This document shows positions 1 to 12,207 of a stretch of 64,000 nucleotides of DNA, one piece after another; the stretch's first letter is position 1; the number at the start of each line of letters is the position of its first letter. Source of the stretch: Macrostomum hystrix (taxonomy: Eukaryota; Animalia; Platyhelminthes); the NCBI GenBank assembly GCA_950097015.1, contig CATNEN010000003.1:6572001-6636000 (forward strand), read 5' to 3'. Under the pieces are notes generated by a model. The model was not told where the DNA came from, did no database searches, and saw only the letters and a list, made by a program, of their open reading frames with translations. The translations under genes were made by a program, and so were the position numbers.

Positions 1-80
1 AGAGATTAGACACGGGAGAGATGAGACACGGGAGAAATTAGACACGGGAGAGATTAGACACGGGAGAGATGAAACAGGAC
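1..80. repeat. Minisatellite, 15-16 bp unit (GGGAGAGATGAGACAC), truncated by window start
   Basis: Tandem copies visible; reverse complement of the arrays at 29770-30460 and 54865-55075. Confidence 0.9.
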
Positions 81-102
81 ACTGTAGATGTCAGAAGGGG
101 CA

Positions 103-167
103 ACGGGCCGGATTTGGGAGCTTCGAGGGCCGCATCTGGCCCGTGGGCCGGAGTTTGCCGACCCCTG
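103..167 (-). mobile_element. Terminal fragment of a hAT (Charlie-like) DNA transposon or MITE
   Basis: Minus strand reads CAGGGGTCGGCAAACTCCGGCCCACGGGCCAGATGCGGCCC, the typical hAT-Charlie terminus with GGCCC/GGGCC subterminal motifs. Flank CTATAGCT has the central TA of 8-bp hAT targets. The other end was not found. Confidence 0.7.
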
Positions 168-631
168 CTATAGCTATTTTTGCTATTTTTTTATCTGCCT
201 TTTTTTAACTAACATCTTAATATCTTCAGAAAAAGCTAGGGAAATAGCTAAAAAAGAAAGTAGTTTACTACATACTAACGATTTTGAACGTACCAACCAA
301 TGTACATTCAAGCATTTTTATGGTTTTAAAAAACTCAAGTTTCAAGTGCAGAATTAAGCGCAACGCTTTCAAGTCGACGCTCATGGTTTGAAGAAGATCA
401 AGCTGCAAGTATTTTTTAATAAAAGAAACTGATACGAATCGAATAAATTTATCCAATGGGATCTGGGATTTGGGATCGACTAATTCGAGATAGACTGCAT
501 CTGAATTGTATTTAGTGATTTGAATTTGTAGCTGGCATCTTTTTTCTATAGTGCGTGTATAGGGCGTGGCTACTGCACGACAGCCCCATGCATAAGCTTC
601 TCACTGTCAAATCCGTCTTATCTTCTAATCC

Positions 632-638
632 TATAAAA
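632..638 (+). promoter_or_regulatory. Candidate TATA box for gene 1
   Basis: TATAAAA about 0.9 kb upstream of the ATG at 1570, which directly follows an acceptor-like TTTTCAACAAG, implying a 5'UTR intron. Position only. Confidence 0.25.
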
Positions 639-1094
639 ATCCTCCACCCCAACGCTGTCGCATCCGCCCCTATCACGACTGGCCTTTTTAACTTTTCCGT
701 GTTCGTCAGACAGACAGACAGAAATCATAGAAAAGAAATGGAAGACAAATTGCCAATGTCAGGATTATTAGGGATATTGTGATGCGAGACAGGGATTAAT
801 TGAAATTTACCTTCATCTGAGTCTAATCTCCGTCGCGTGTTTCGCGAAAATTGACGTCTATAGGGGTAAAATTGAGTCGCGATCACGAACCGTGTTTAAT
901 CTGATGATGTTCTGGGCGACTCCAGTTGAAACTCGATAATTGCTAGAGCTCAGGTTTAAGATTTGGTCGCTGAAACAGGTGTTTCTGTGGATTTTCCCGA
1001 AGAATTTGAGAACTGAGAAGCTAATTAGTTTAATGTGTAGTGGCTTTTCAAGTCAATTTAGTTAAAATCTAAGGCCAACCACCGATTGAACAAA

Positions 1095-1400
1095 TTCAGT
1101 TCCATCTAATCTCATAGTCTGTTCCATCGAATCTCATACTTAGTTCCATCTAATCTCATAGTCTTTTCCATCATCTAATCTCATAGTCTGTTCCATCTAA
1201 TCTCATCTTAGTTCCATCTAAACTCATACTTAGTTCCATCTAATCTCATAGTCTTTTCCATCATCTAATCTCATAGTCTGTTCCATCTAGTCTCATAGTC
1301 AGTTCCATCTAAACTCATAGTCTGTTCCATCTAGTCTCATAGTCAGTTCCATCTAAACTCATTGTCTGTTCCATCTAATCTGTTCCGTCTAATCTTATAA
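1095..1400. repeat. Minisatellite, ~22 bp unit (GTTCCATCTAATCTCATAGTCT)
   Basis: Tandem degenerate copies. Confidence 0.9.
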
Positions 1401-1569
1401 TCTTACAGACTAATCTAGTCTAATTTCTTTTCTCGTATTTTCTAATCGATACAATCGCATAGTATGGTAAATTGCTAAATCTTAAATTAATCGTTAATCT
1501 CAATTACTTCTAATTGACCCTATTAGTTTAACCTTTGTTAATTTACATTTAAACTTCTTTTCAACAAGG

Positions 1570-4500
1570 ATGTCCACCACAGCAGCCGGCAATGTGCCGC
1601 AGCAGCAGCAGCAGCAGCAGCCCAACAGCTTGCTAGATGCTCCATTTTGGATCGGTGCGATAATCCTTATCGGCATATTGTTAATCCTTGGCTTTGTTCT
1701 ATGCCTGAAACGCCACTATGAAGATGACATTTCCCAGTGCAGGCCGTGCCGTAAGAGAACTCCAGCCGCTAATCCAGAAGAGAACTTGTACAGTGAGTTT
1801 CACAACCTGATCCTGTAATGTCCTCTAATGTACTTTATAATCATTTGTACTTTTAAACTCGCTTACTTCACTGGAGTTCCCTTCCTAATTAGGGTTCCAA
1901 AAACTGTTTGGCGTGTCATATTTTATCACCCAATCCGATTTTTGCGACAGTTTTTACACCTGTTATCAGTTCATTAATTAAGATAACAGTTCAACACCTT
2001 TTTAATTATACCAAACAGTAGAAAGACGACGTATTTCAAACACGCGCTTTTTTCTATATCTTCTAAACCACTCAACCAATCCGACCGAACAACGTCCTGA
2101 ATCACAAGACATCGGCATGGTCAATATTCAATGATTCTCGTCGGGGTGTCCAGTGGCAAAAACCACCAATATAGGCGAAAAAAATAGTAAAAAATATTTT
2201 CTAGCCGAAATAAGAGAGTGAGTAAGGTCGCTCTTAATATTCTCTGACCAACCAAGGTAGACCTTATTCTAATAATTCAGGTGTGAAATTACCAGACAGG
2301 TAAACACAGCCAAGCGTACGTACACCTCCTATATTCTACAGACGTGATGCGACTCGGAGCTTCCAAACGGCGCATCTCACTGCCGCCTCATCAGCTGGCT
2401 TCAGCCTCAGCGCTAGACGGGGCCTCGGCTTTGAGCGACTGCAACACACCGACGAGTACAAGGCCAGAGGCCTATGATGCTGTGAGTCGGTCTGTTAGTG
2501 AGTCTTTGGAATAGCCACGGAGTCCGTTTAACTGATGTATGTCACCTAGCTTGTCGCTTATTGACTCATTTTTATTCTGGGAAATCATTTGATAAAGGTG
2601 AGTGGCAAAGTGCATGGTCTAACACGTTTGTGGCGAGGCCACATTTTTTGCAGCCTCGGAGAGAGGGCTTTGGGGCTTGTCGTGCAGTTTACATACGAGT
2701 ACTTAAGGACCAACCTTTCCCAAACTGATGGTCAAATTTTATTCTTTCTACAAGCAAGATTTTGGAAATTCGACTCGAATTATTGACTAGAAAATTGAAA
2801 CCCGCAGCTTATTAATATTTCACGATTGTTTTTGAAGGAAATTCGATTCGGTAAGAAAACTCTAATGCACAATGCTCTCTCAGCGAGAAAGCCAGGCTAT
2901 TGCTATAGGCCCTCAGGGAAATCGATTTCCAGATATCCTGTGTCAATACGATGGAGGGGCTGCTGCATCTGTTCGCAGACTCTGCCCCCAAAAAGGCTCA
3001 GAAAAGCAAACTATTCGGTCACTCTCTTACTCGCCCTTTAACTTTCTAGAAAAATTTACCTTCTTTTTACCTTTTTAACTCTAAACTACAATGTAAGTAC
3101 AATCAAAAGTACTTCTTAGATAGTACCTGAATTTCTGGACCAATGACTTGGGTGAAATTATTACGAAATATCTGATATAGCTTTACCGAACGTAAAAATC
3201 TCGTCCCAACCAGCAATGTCACTCGGGGGGTCGGTGGCAGAGCGGTTAACGCGTTTGCCTCTCCCAACACGGTCCCTGAGTTCGATTCCACGGCGAGGCC
3301 ACATTTATTTGGGGCGCAGCCGCGTAGAGAAGGCTTGGGGGCTTGTCGTGCAATGTAAATTTGTGTGCGTGTGTGCTCAGGAGTCAGCGAAATGGGCAGA
3401 ATTGCCTCCTCGCTGGCTGTGGGTCTAGTGTCACCAAATGATGTGCCATTGCCTGCAGCCCTCCTGCAATTATTGTTTTTATTAATGGCACTCTGCGCTA
3501 CAGATGTAAATTGGTTTGAAATCTCGTCTCTCTGAGTTTCAGTGACGCCACTCAGTGACGTATTTCCAATGAAAGTCCTCACCCTGTCTATCGTGTTTAT
3601 TAAATATCTTATTCGATCGTATTCGATCTCTTCCTCGCAGTCTCCGGACACTCGACAGCAGCGATGCCGTCGTCAGGAAGCAGCCGAGCGCTTCTTCGCA
3701 GCCGTCACCCATGGCGCAGACAGCCTACTGCCTGCTCCGCACTCTGGCGCAACAGCCATCGACATAGTCGATTGCAGGTCCAGCTCACCTTCTAACGGCG
3801 TCGGCAACGGTAGGCGAATTCTTGCAGCCGCCGATGTACACTTTCAGCTGCCGGAATCTCCGACTCAATCGCGGTCGGCGTCTCCGCCGGCCCAGCCGGG
3901 CTGCGTTGTCATTCAGGTGGAGCCGCCGCCAACGGAAGACGAGGCTAACGACGAAGATTTCGAGGCGTCCGTCGAGGAGGCCTCTAGCGGCTCGCTGCGA
4001 CATCAACCAGTCGCTGCAGCTGCTGTCCTCGATGAAGACGAGGAGCAGGCGTTGAATGCCCTAGTCGAGGAGGTGGCCAATCGCATTCTGGGCATGTCTC
4101 ACTCGGTTGAAAATCTGCTGCAACTTGCCAATGATGACGATGGCACCACGAAAGCTGGCTTCAAGCGTCGAAGCCTTCTGGCCGATCCTCGGCGACGCCA
4201 GGATTCGCTCGCAACGTCGGAATTCAACACAGCATCGGCACCTGACAGAAGGCGCACTGGCAGACAGCGGGAATTCGCGAAGAATCGTTCGCTGACCATG
4301 GCGAACACGGAGACGACGACAACGGAGGGCTCCAACAAGAGCTCCTCGGTTCGCAAGCATCGCAAGCACCATCGCCGACGCCGTGGTCGACAAGATCAGC
4401 GATGCAACTCGGCGACGCTTGAACAGCGCGATATGGATGACAACGAATTCTGGGCTTCGGCGTCAACAGCGGCTGGTGGAAAACTGCGGCAGGACTCAAA

Positions 4501-7500
4501 CGACTCGAGCAGTTACGGCGGGTTGTGCCGCAGCTGTTGCAGCCTACCGGTGCCCGCCCTGCTGCAGCAGAAGCTGAGCAGCTCAACGCGACAGAGGTGC
4601 GACGATTCTCTGAGTATCCATCCCGGATCAGTAGACGATGATCGCAGTCTGGTCGATCGGCTGGTTCGCCAGGCTTCGTCCGGCTGCGGGTGTCGTGACT
4701 GTCGGCGCGGCTTTCGCGACGGCCTTCGCGATCTTCGTCGGCGCTTTCACTTGGCGGCGGCAGCAACGGCTCGAGAACAGCCGGACACTCTTGAAGGGGT
4801 TCAGCAGCAGCACCGAAGGCATCACTATTCGCTGCAGCATCATCATCACTCACATCATCGAAGTCATCGACATCATCGACAGCATCGCTGCCTACCCACG
4901 ACGGAGGACCTGCGCGAGGAAGATGTCGCTGATGACGAAGAAGTCGCAGCAGCAGCAGCAGGAGACGCGTTGCAGCAGAGCGTTGTGGCCACGTGGGTTG
5001 TGAAGCACTCAGCCGGCGATGCGAAACAGCTTCATCGATGCAACTCCATTGAGGACATGAATGCAGCCAAGACTTGCGCCATGACGGAGCCACTGAGGGC
5101 AGACGCTGGCGTTTCGGAGTCCAAGCTGGACTCATTGGCGGCTTCGTCGACAAGGAAACGAAGACCTCTGGTGAAAGCGAATAGCGATGAAATTGTGTAC
5201 GAGGTAAGGCGTTCATTATTAGACGCTCTATCGCTGTTACATGTCTGGATGTCTTGCAATCAGGGGGGTTTGCGGAGCGGTAAGTCGACCCACTAAAAAT
5301 CGCATTCTCAAATCGCAGGAAACTGACATTCCGCTTGACAAGCTGCACAATCAGTTTCTAAGAGAAGCTTCCGAAGCGAACATCGCTTCTGCTTCTGCCT
5401 GCGCTGCCGCTTCCGGCGAAGCCTCCAAACGCGGTCTCAATTTTTATGATGTCACAGCGATATCGTCGACCACGAAACAATCGCCAAACAGTCGCCAAAC
5501 AATCGTCACGCCGACCCTCCTGCTGGTGCCACCGTCAGATCCGTCGGTAACCTTCGAATCCGCGCCCCAGTGTCATTCGCCGACGCCGTCAATGGCCGTC
5601 GCCGACGCGGTGCCCGTTGTGGCCGGCGATACTTTCATCTACGTGGAGGACTGGACATGTCGCAACCTGGAGTCCCACTCGGCCATCCTGCCTGCCGCGG
5701 GCTTCGAGCAGAGGCGCCGGCAGCTGCAGCGACGGAGGCGCCACCAGACTCAGAAGGAGAATCGGCGCCGATCGAAATCGCCCCGGCCGCAGACGTTGAA
5801 TAAGTCGACGCCGCAAAAATCGCAGCATCAGCAGCATCAGCAGCAGCAGCAGCATCAGCAGCATCAGCAGCATCAGCAGCATCAACAGCAGCAGCAGCAG
5901 CATCAGCAGCATCAGCAGCATCAGCAGCAGCAGCAGCATCAGCAGCATCAGCAGCATCAGCAGCAGCAGCAGCATCAGCAGCATAAGGAGCATCAGCAGC
6001 CGAACTCTTCACCGGAACAGCAGTCTAAAGAGGAAAACTCCAGCGATAGCGTCATTGCCAGATCTTCTGAACCGAATTCCCTTGCCAACAGCAGTAGCGG
6101 AGACGAGAACTCGATGGCGCCACGACCAATGGCATATACCGCTGCCGGGGTCGCTGAGACGATGACAGCGAAGGCACCTTTGCAGACTCGATTAAAGAGG
6201 CTTGGAGATTCGGCCTATCAGACTCACGAGAGCTCGTCGGATGCCATTGTGTTCGGAGTTAAGGCGAGGTGAGACTAACGAACAATTTTCAAGAGTGACA
6301 ATTTTAACAACAAAAGACATCCCGACTCTTGACAGATCCGATGCCCACCTGGACGAGGACCTAAAATTGGCAGCCAGAAAGCTGACCAATCACCTGGACA
6401 GTCGACAGAAAAGCTTCAGATGCTTGCAGAATGGCTTGGATAGGTGAATATTCCTATGAAGTTTAATTGGGTTAGAAAATAGTTGTAATATATATGATCA
6501 GGAAGTGATCAAGAATGTGAGAGTGACAGAATCCGGGAGAGAGTGACAGAATCCGATAACGAGTGACAGTATCCGATAGAGAAGGACAGAATCCGATAGA
6601 GAGAGTGACAGAATCCTTAAGAGAGAGTGACAGAATCCTAAAGAGAGGGTGACAGAATCCTAAAGAGAGAGTGACAGAATCCTAAAGAGAGGGTGACAGA
6701 ATCCGATAGAGAGTGACAGAATCCGATAAAGAGTGACAGTATCCGATAGAGAGTGACAGTATCCGATAGAGAGTGACAGTATCCGATAGAGAGTGACAGT
6801 ATCCGATAGAGAGTGACAGAATCCGATAGAGAGTGACAGAATCCGATAGAGAGTGACAGAATCCGATAGAGAGTGACAGAATCCGGGAGAGAGTGACAGA
6901 ATCCGGGAGAGAGTGACAGAATCCGGGAAAGAGTGACAGAAGAGTGACTGAGGAAGTGAAAGAATCTAAGAGATATCATCTACAATTAGATATTTCTTAC
7001 CGAGTGTAAAAATTTTTTTTATTCCAAGACACTCACAATACACACAGTCTTTTAAGGTAAAAAAAAATCGGTCAAATGTGTGCAAAAAATATCCTACTTC
7101 AATTAGACACACAAATGAAAGTTGTCAGACAGTTCATTCGTACTAAAAATATTGGCACTAATTCTGTCGCGTTAAATTAATCACGACAAGATGCAAAATC
7201 TGCTACGACTCACTAATCCACTAGTAAAGAAAGAGCCTAAATTGAGTTACGACCAGGCAAAACACGAAATGATATTTTATGCCCTAATTAGCATCTTCTA
7301 GAACGATCATCTTCTAGGAGACAGGAAATAGGAGAGGGAGACAGAGGAACTGAGAGAGGGAGACAGAGGAAATGAGTGAGGGAGACAGGAAATAGGAGAG
7401 GGAGACAGAGGAACTGAGAGAGGGAGACAGAGGAACTGAGAGAAGGAGACAGAGGAACTGAGAGAGGGAGACAGAGGAACTGAGAGAAGGAGACAGAGGA

Positions 7501-10500
7501 ACTGAGAGAGGGAGACAGAGGAACTGAGAGAAGGAGACAGAGGAACTGAGAGAGGGAGACAGAGGAACTGAGAGAAGGAGACAGAGGAACTGAGAGAGGG
7601 AGACAGAGGAACTGAGAGAGAAATACAGAGGAACTGAGAGTGGGAGACAGAGGAACTGAGAGAGGAATACAGAGGAACTGAGAGTGGGAGACAGAGGAAC
7701 TGAGAGAGGGAGACAGAGGAACTGAGAGAGAAATACAGAGGAACTGAGAGAAGGAGACAGGAACTGAGAGAAGGAGACAGAGGAAATGAGTGAGGGAGAC
7801 AGAGGAAATGAGTGAGGGAGACAGGAAATAGGAGAGGGAGACAGAGGAACTGAGAGAAGGAGACAGAGGAACTGAGAGAGGGAGACAGAGGAACTGAGAG
7901 AGGGAGACAGAGGAACTGAGAGAAGGAGACAGAGGAACTGAGAGAGGGAGACAGAGGAACTGAGAGAGGGAGACAGGGGAACTGGGAGAGGGAGACAGGA
8001 AATACTGGAATAGGAGATGGAGACAGAGGAACTGAGAGAGGGAGACAGAGGAACTGAGAGAGGGAGACAGAGGAACTGAGAGAGGGAGACAGAGGAACTG
8101 AGAGAGGGAGACAGAGGAACTGAGAGAGGGAGACAGAGGAACTGAGAGAGGGAGACAGAGGAACTGAGAGAGGGAGACAGAGGAACTGAGAGAGGAATAC
8201 AGAGGAACTGAGAGAGGGAGACAGAGGAACTGAGAAAAGGAGACAGAGGAACTGAGAGAGGGAGACAGAGGAACTGAGAGAGGCAGACAGAGGAACTGAG
8301 AGAGGAATACAGAGGAACTGAGAGAGGGAGACAGAGGAACTGAGAAAAGGAGACACAGGAACTGAGAGAGGCAGACAGAGGAACTGAGAGAGGGAGACAG
8401 AGGAACTGAGAGAGGGAGACAGAGGAACTGAGAGAGGTAGACAGAGGAACTGAGAGAGGGAGACAGAGGAACTGAGAGAGGGAGACAGAGGAACTGAGAG
8501 AGGAATACAGAGGAACTGAGAGAGGGAGACAGAGGAACTGAGAGAGGTAGACAGAGGAACTGGGAGAGGGAGACAGAGGAACTGAGAGAGGGAGACAGAG
8601 GAACTGAGAGAGGGAGACAGAGGAACTGAGAAAAGGAGACAGAGGAACTGAGAGAGGCAGACAGAGGAACTGAGAGAGGAATACAGAGGAACTGAGAGAG
8701 GGAGACAGAGGAACTGAGAAAAGGAGACACAGGAACTGAGAGAGGCAGACAGAGGAACTGAGAGAGGGAGACAGAGGAACTGAGAGAGGGAGACAGAGGA
8801 ACTGAGAGAGGGAGACAGAGGAACTGAGAGAGGGAGACAGAGGAACTGAGAAAAGGAGACACAGGAACTGAGAGAGGCAGACAGAGGAACTGAGAGAGGG
8901 AGACAGAGGAACTGAGAGAGGGAGACAGAGGAACTGAGAGAGGGAGACAGAGGAACTGAGAGAGGGAGACAGAGGAACTGAGAGAGGGAGACAGAGGAAC
9001 TGAGAAAAGGAGACAGAGGAACTGAGAGAGGGAGACAGAGGAACTGAGAGAGGGAGACAGAGGAACTGAGAGAGGGAGACAGAGGAACTGAGAGAGGGAG
9101 ACAGAGGAACTGAGAGAGGGAGACAGAGGAACTGAGAAAAGGAGACACAGGAACTGAGAGAGGCAGACAGAGGAACTGAGAGAGGGAGACAGAGGAACTG
9201 AGAGAGGGAGACAGAGGAACTGAGAGAGGGAGACAGAGGAACTGAGAGAGGGAGACAGAGGAACTGAGAGAGGGAGACAGAGGAACTGAGAGAGGGAGAC
9301 AGAGGAACTGAGAGAGGGAGACAGAGGAACTGAGAGAGGGAGACAGAGGAACTGAGAGAGGGAGACAGAGGAACTGAGAGAGGGAGACAGAGGAACTGAG
9401 AGAGGGAGACAGAGGAACTGAGAGAGGGAGACAGAGGAACTGAGAGAGGGAGACAGAGGAACTGAGAGAGGTAGACAGAGGAACTGGGAGAGGGAGACAG
9501 AGGAACTGAGAGATCTCAACCTACTGAAGTGCTAGATTTCCAATTTCGGAGTAATAAAAATACTGCATGAAAAAATGAGAAAATCTTGTTTCTCTGTTCT
9601 TAAAATTTTATTTTCTTTGATCTCTTCTTCAAAGGTTGAAGCAAATTTCGACGCGAAAGTTAATATGTTTAATTTCTGGGTAGCTGAGAACAGATTAGGA
9701 TCTAGGGTATATAAGTCATAAACGCGCTTGTATTTTGCTGTCTTCGGTTTTTGGGTGTGGCCCAAAATGTCCTTACAATGTCCTTTGAGTCATTTATACA
9801 CAAGATGAGGTCCGGATGAGGTGTGTTTGAAATACCGGCTATAAAGGCTTAACATTTAAACCGCGGATTTAAACAAAACAAGTGTGTGACGCGTTTTAAA
9901 AAACTACAGGTGCAGAGAGAGGGTAAGAGATGGGGTTAGATAAAGGGGAAAATTGTTGGGAAAAGACAAAACAAGAGATATGAGCAGAATTTGGGAATAA
10001 ATTGAGAAAGAATGCAGAAATAGGTGGGGGAGAAGGTAAGAAGATGATATGGGAAGCAAAACATAAAGTGACTGGAAGTGAGAGAGAAGAGATGAGATTG
10101 GGAAGAGATGGGAAGAGAGAGAAGGAAGAGATGGAAAGAGATGGGAAGAGATGGGAAGAGAGAGAGGGAAGAGATGGGAAGAGAGAGAGAATGAAGAGAT
10201 GGAATGAGAGAGAGGGAAGATATGGGAAGGGAGAGAGAATGAAGAGATGGAATGAGAGAGAGGGAAGAGATAGGAAAAGAGAGAGAATGAAGAGATGGAA
10301 TGAGAGAGAGGGAAGAGATGGGAAAAGAGAGAGAATGAAGAGATGGAATGAGAGAGAGGGAAGAGATGGGAAGAGAGAGAATGAAGAGATGGGAAGAGAG
10401 AGAGGGAAGAGATGGGAAGAGAGAGAGGGAAGAGATGGGAAGAGAGAGAATGAAGAGATGGGAAGAGAGAGAATGAAGAGATGGGAAGAGAGAGGGAAGA

Positions 10501-11302
10501 GATGAGAAGAGAGAGAGGGAAGAGATGGGAAGAGAGAGAGAATGAAGAGATGGGAAGAGAGAGAGGGAAGAGATGGGAAGAGAGAGAGAATGAAGAGATG
10601 GGAAGAGAGAGAGGGAAGAGATGGGAAGAGAGAGAGAATGAAGAGATGGGAAGAGAGAGAGGGAAGAGATGGGAAGAGAGAGAATGAAGAGATGGGAAGA
10701 GAGAGAGGGAAGAGATGGGAAGAGAGAGAGGGAAGAGATGGGAAGAGAGAGAATGAAGAGATGGGAAGAGAGAGAATGAAGAGATGGGAAGAGAGAGGGA
10801 AGAGATGAGAAGAGAGAGAGGGAAGAGATGGGAAGAGAGAGAGAATGAAGAGATGGGAAGAGAGAGAGGGAAGAGATGGGAAGAGAGAGAGAATGAAGAG
10901 ATGGGAAGAGAGAGAGGGAAGAGATGGGAAGAGAGAGAGAATGAAGAGATGGGAAGAGAGAGAGGGAAGAGATGGGAAGAGAGAGATTAATTCTGGTTAG
11001 AATCAAAGCAAATCACTATGATTCCTGGATGGGAAAAATGAGATTTCACATGCAATAATTTCAGTCCCTTAAGCGTCACAGCTGAAACTGGCAATACCGG
11101 CGGCAGACGCGGTGGGGGCAGCGCTGGCTCCACTGGCAGCGTGTTCAACAGCCTCCAGCAGCTCAGGCACATCTCAGAGGAGGGCCGTGATTCCGCATCT
11201 CCGGCATCGCTGGACGCATCGGCTGACAGGGGCTCCCTGCTGCTGCAGATGCTGGTGCCCGTGCGGTCTGGATTCGAAGAGGAAATCGAAGTTCACGTTT
11301 GA
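1570..11302 (+). CDS. Gene 1: uncharacterised ~1073-aa single-pass membrane protein with long disordered tail; join(1570-1792,2342-2481,3641-5203,5319-6268,6336-6443,11065-11302)
   Basis: All five introns are GT-AG with matching phases (1,0,0,2,2); 3222 nt = 1074 codons with no internal stop. One hydrophobic helix (FWIGAIILIGILLILGFVLCL) followed by KR, then Ser/Arg/His/Gln-rich sequence; ends ...EEEIEVHV*. No globular domain recognised. Confidence 0.75.
2068..2170 (+). repeat. Unclassified dispersed repeat, copy 1
   Basis: Aligns by eye to 59972-60073 (GAATCACAAgACATCGGCATgGTC...GATTCT...GTGTC..GTGGCAAAAA). Confidence 0.7.
2597..2725 (+). mobile_element. SINE family A, degenerate copy (B box deleted)
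   Basis: GGTGAGTGGCA...GGCGAGGCCACATTT...GCAGCC..GGAGAGAGGGCTTTGGGGCTTGTCGTGCA matches the copies at 3225, 49007 and 57052. Confidence 0.8.
3225..3465 (+). mobile_element. tRNA-derived SINE family A, internally deleted copy
   Basis: A box TGGCAGAGCGG and B box GAGTTCGATTCC (3278-3289). The 3' part is nearly identical to 57052-57160 (minus) but lacks the ~110-nt middle. Confidence 0.85.
5824..6000 (+). repeat. Coding (CAG/CAT)n repeat encoding a Gln/His tract in gene 1
   Basis: In frame in exon 4 (QHQQHQQQQ...). Confidence 0.9.
6518..6945. repeat. Minisatellite, ~20 bp unit (GAGAGTGACAGAATCCGATA)
   Basis: Tandem copies in gene 1 intron 5. Confidence 0.95.
7318..9512. repeat. Minisatellite, 22 bp unit (GAGAGAGGGAGACAGAGGAACT), ~2.2 kb
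   Basis: Long tandem array; source of the spurious 743-aa and 613-aa minus ORFs. Confidence 0.97.
10080..10985. repeat. Purine-rich minisatellite (GAAGAGATGGGAAGAGAGAGA variants)
   Basis: Tandem copies, essentially C-free on the plus strand. Confidence 0.95.
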
Positions 11303-11356
11303 AATTCGAACCCTTGACTGCACCCGTTTCGGCGAGTTTGTGCATAGTCACGCGAC

Positions 11357-11920
11357 TTTTGAGACCATAGCAACGGGAGTTTTGAGACCATAGCAACGGG
11401 AATTTTGAGACCATAGCAACAGGAATTTTGAGACCATAGCAACGGGGGTTTTGAGACAATCGCGACGGGAATAAGAGACCATAGCAACGGGAATTTTGAG
11501 ACCATAGCAACAGGAATTTTGAGACCATAGCAACGGGGGTTTTGAGACAATCGCGACGGGAATAAGAGACCATAGCAACGGGAATTTTGAGACCATAGCA
11601 ACAGGAATTTTGAGACCATAGCAACGGGGGTTTTGAGACAATCGCGACGGGAATAAGAGACCATAGCAACGGGATTCCTAGGTCCATAGCAACAGAATTA
11701 CTAGGTCCATAGCAACAGAATTCCTAGGTCCATAGCAACGGGATTCCTAGGTCCATAGCAACGGGATTCCTAGGTCCATTGCAACAGAATTCCTAGGTCC
11801 ATAGAAACGGGATTCCTAGGTCCATAGCAACGGGATTCCTAGGTCCATAGCAACGGGATTCCTAGGTCCATTGCAACAGAATTCCTAGGTCCATAGAAAC
11901 GGGATTCTTGAGAACATTGT
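11357..11920. repeat. Minisatellite, 23 bp unit (TTTTGAGACCATAGCAACGGGAA grading into TTCCTAGGTCCATAGCAACGGGA), with 91-bp higher-order repeat
   Basis: Variant CGCGACGGGA recurs at 11461, 11552 and 11643. A further unit is split by the LTR element. Confidence 0.95.
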
Positions 11921-11954
11921 AGCGGAAATCCTTGGACCACGGTATTGTTGAGAC

Positions 11955-12195
11955 TGTGGCTCTTAGCCACAACAAATTAAGCTAAGGCGGTGAACTTGTA
12001 TTTCTTTTAGCAGGGTTAAGAAGGGGAGCCTTGGCTCCCGTGGTCGGCTTTATTAGGTTGAGCTGGGTACAGTTAATCTATGGGAAAAAGGGAAGGCTAG
12101 TATTTCTTGGTGGAACAAGTGGGGTTGTCTATGGAAATAAAAGAAAGTTAGATGCGTAACTAAGTCTGAAATAAAAGTTCATTTTAGATGCTACA
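11955..12195 (-). repeat. 3' LTR
   Basis: Identical to 16211-16451; preceded on the minus strand by the polypurine tract GAGGGGGGAG (about 12200-12209), which overlaps the pol stop. Confidence 0.98.
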
Positions 12196-12207
12196 AACAC
12201 TCCCCCC

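Noticed and set aside
1570-1818. Standalone 82-aa membrane microprotein
   Set aside because: A consensus GTGAGT donor at 1793 joins in phase to exon 2342, so it is best read as exon 1 of gene 1.
2281-2299. 19-nt micro-exon (CAG|GTGTGAAATTACCAGACAG|GTAAAC)
   Set aside because: Inclusion would frameshift gene 1 and there is no support beyond the dinucleotides.
3225-3303. tRNA gene (also 51049-51127 and 52850-52920)
   Set aside because: A/B boxes are present but there is no proper cloverleaf, and each continues into SINE sequence.
3404-3417. GCCTCCTCGCTGGC, matching HDV genomic P3/L3 (also 57103-57116 minus)
   Set aside because: No convincing P1, P1.1 or P2 for this copy of the motif; it pairs instead with upstream AGTCAGCGA.
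3103-3651. Peptide similarity between ORF 3103-3651 and ORF 56965-57168 (GNGTSFGDTRP..SEEAILP)
   Set aside because: Both are antisense translations of the same SINE.
4224-5348. Antisense and alternate-frame ORFs over gene 1, FoxQ2, pol and TRP exons
   Set aside because: Shadow ORFs of GC-rich coding sequence with no motifs or splice support.
9830-9852. piggyBac-like end (...TATAAAGGCTTAA)
   Set aside because: Imperfect terminus and no matching other end found.
11357-11920. Array of RFX sites (CCATAGCAAC)
   Set aside because: Half-sites only; the left half does not fit the X-box consensus.
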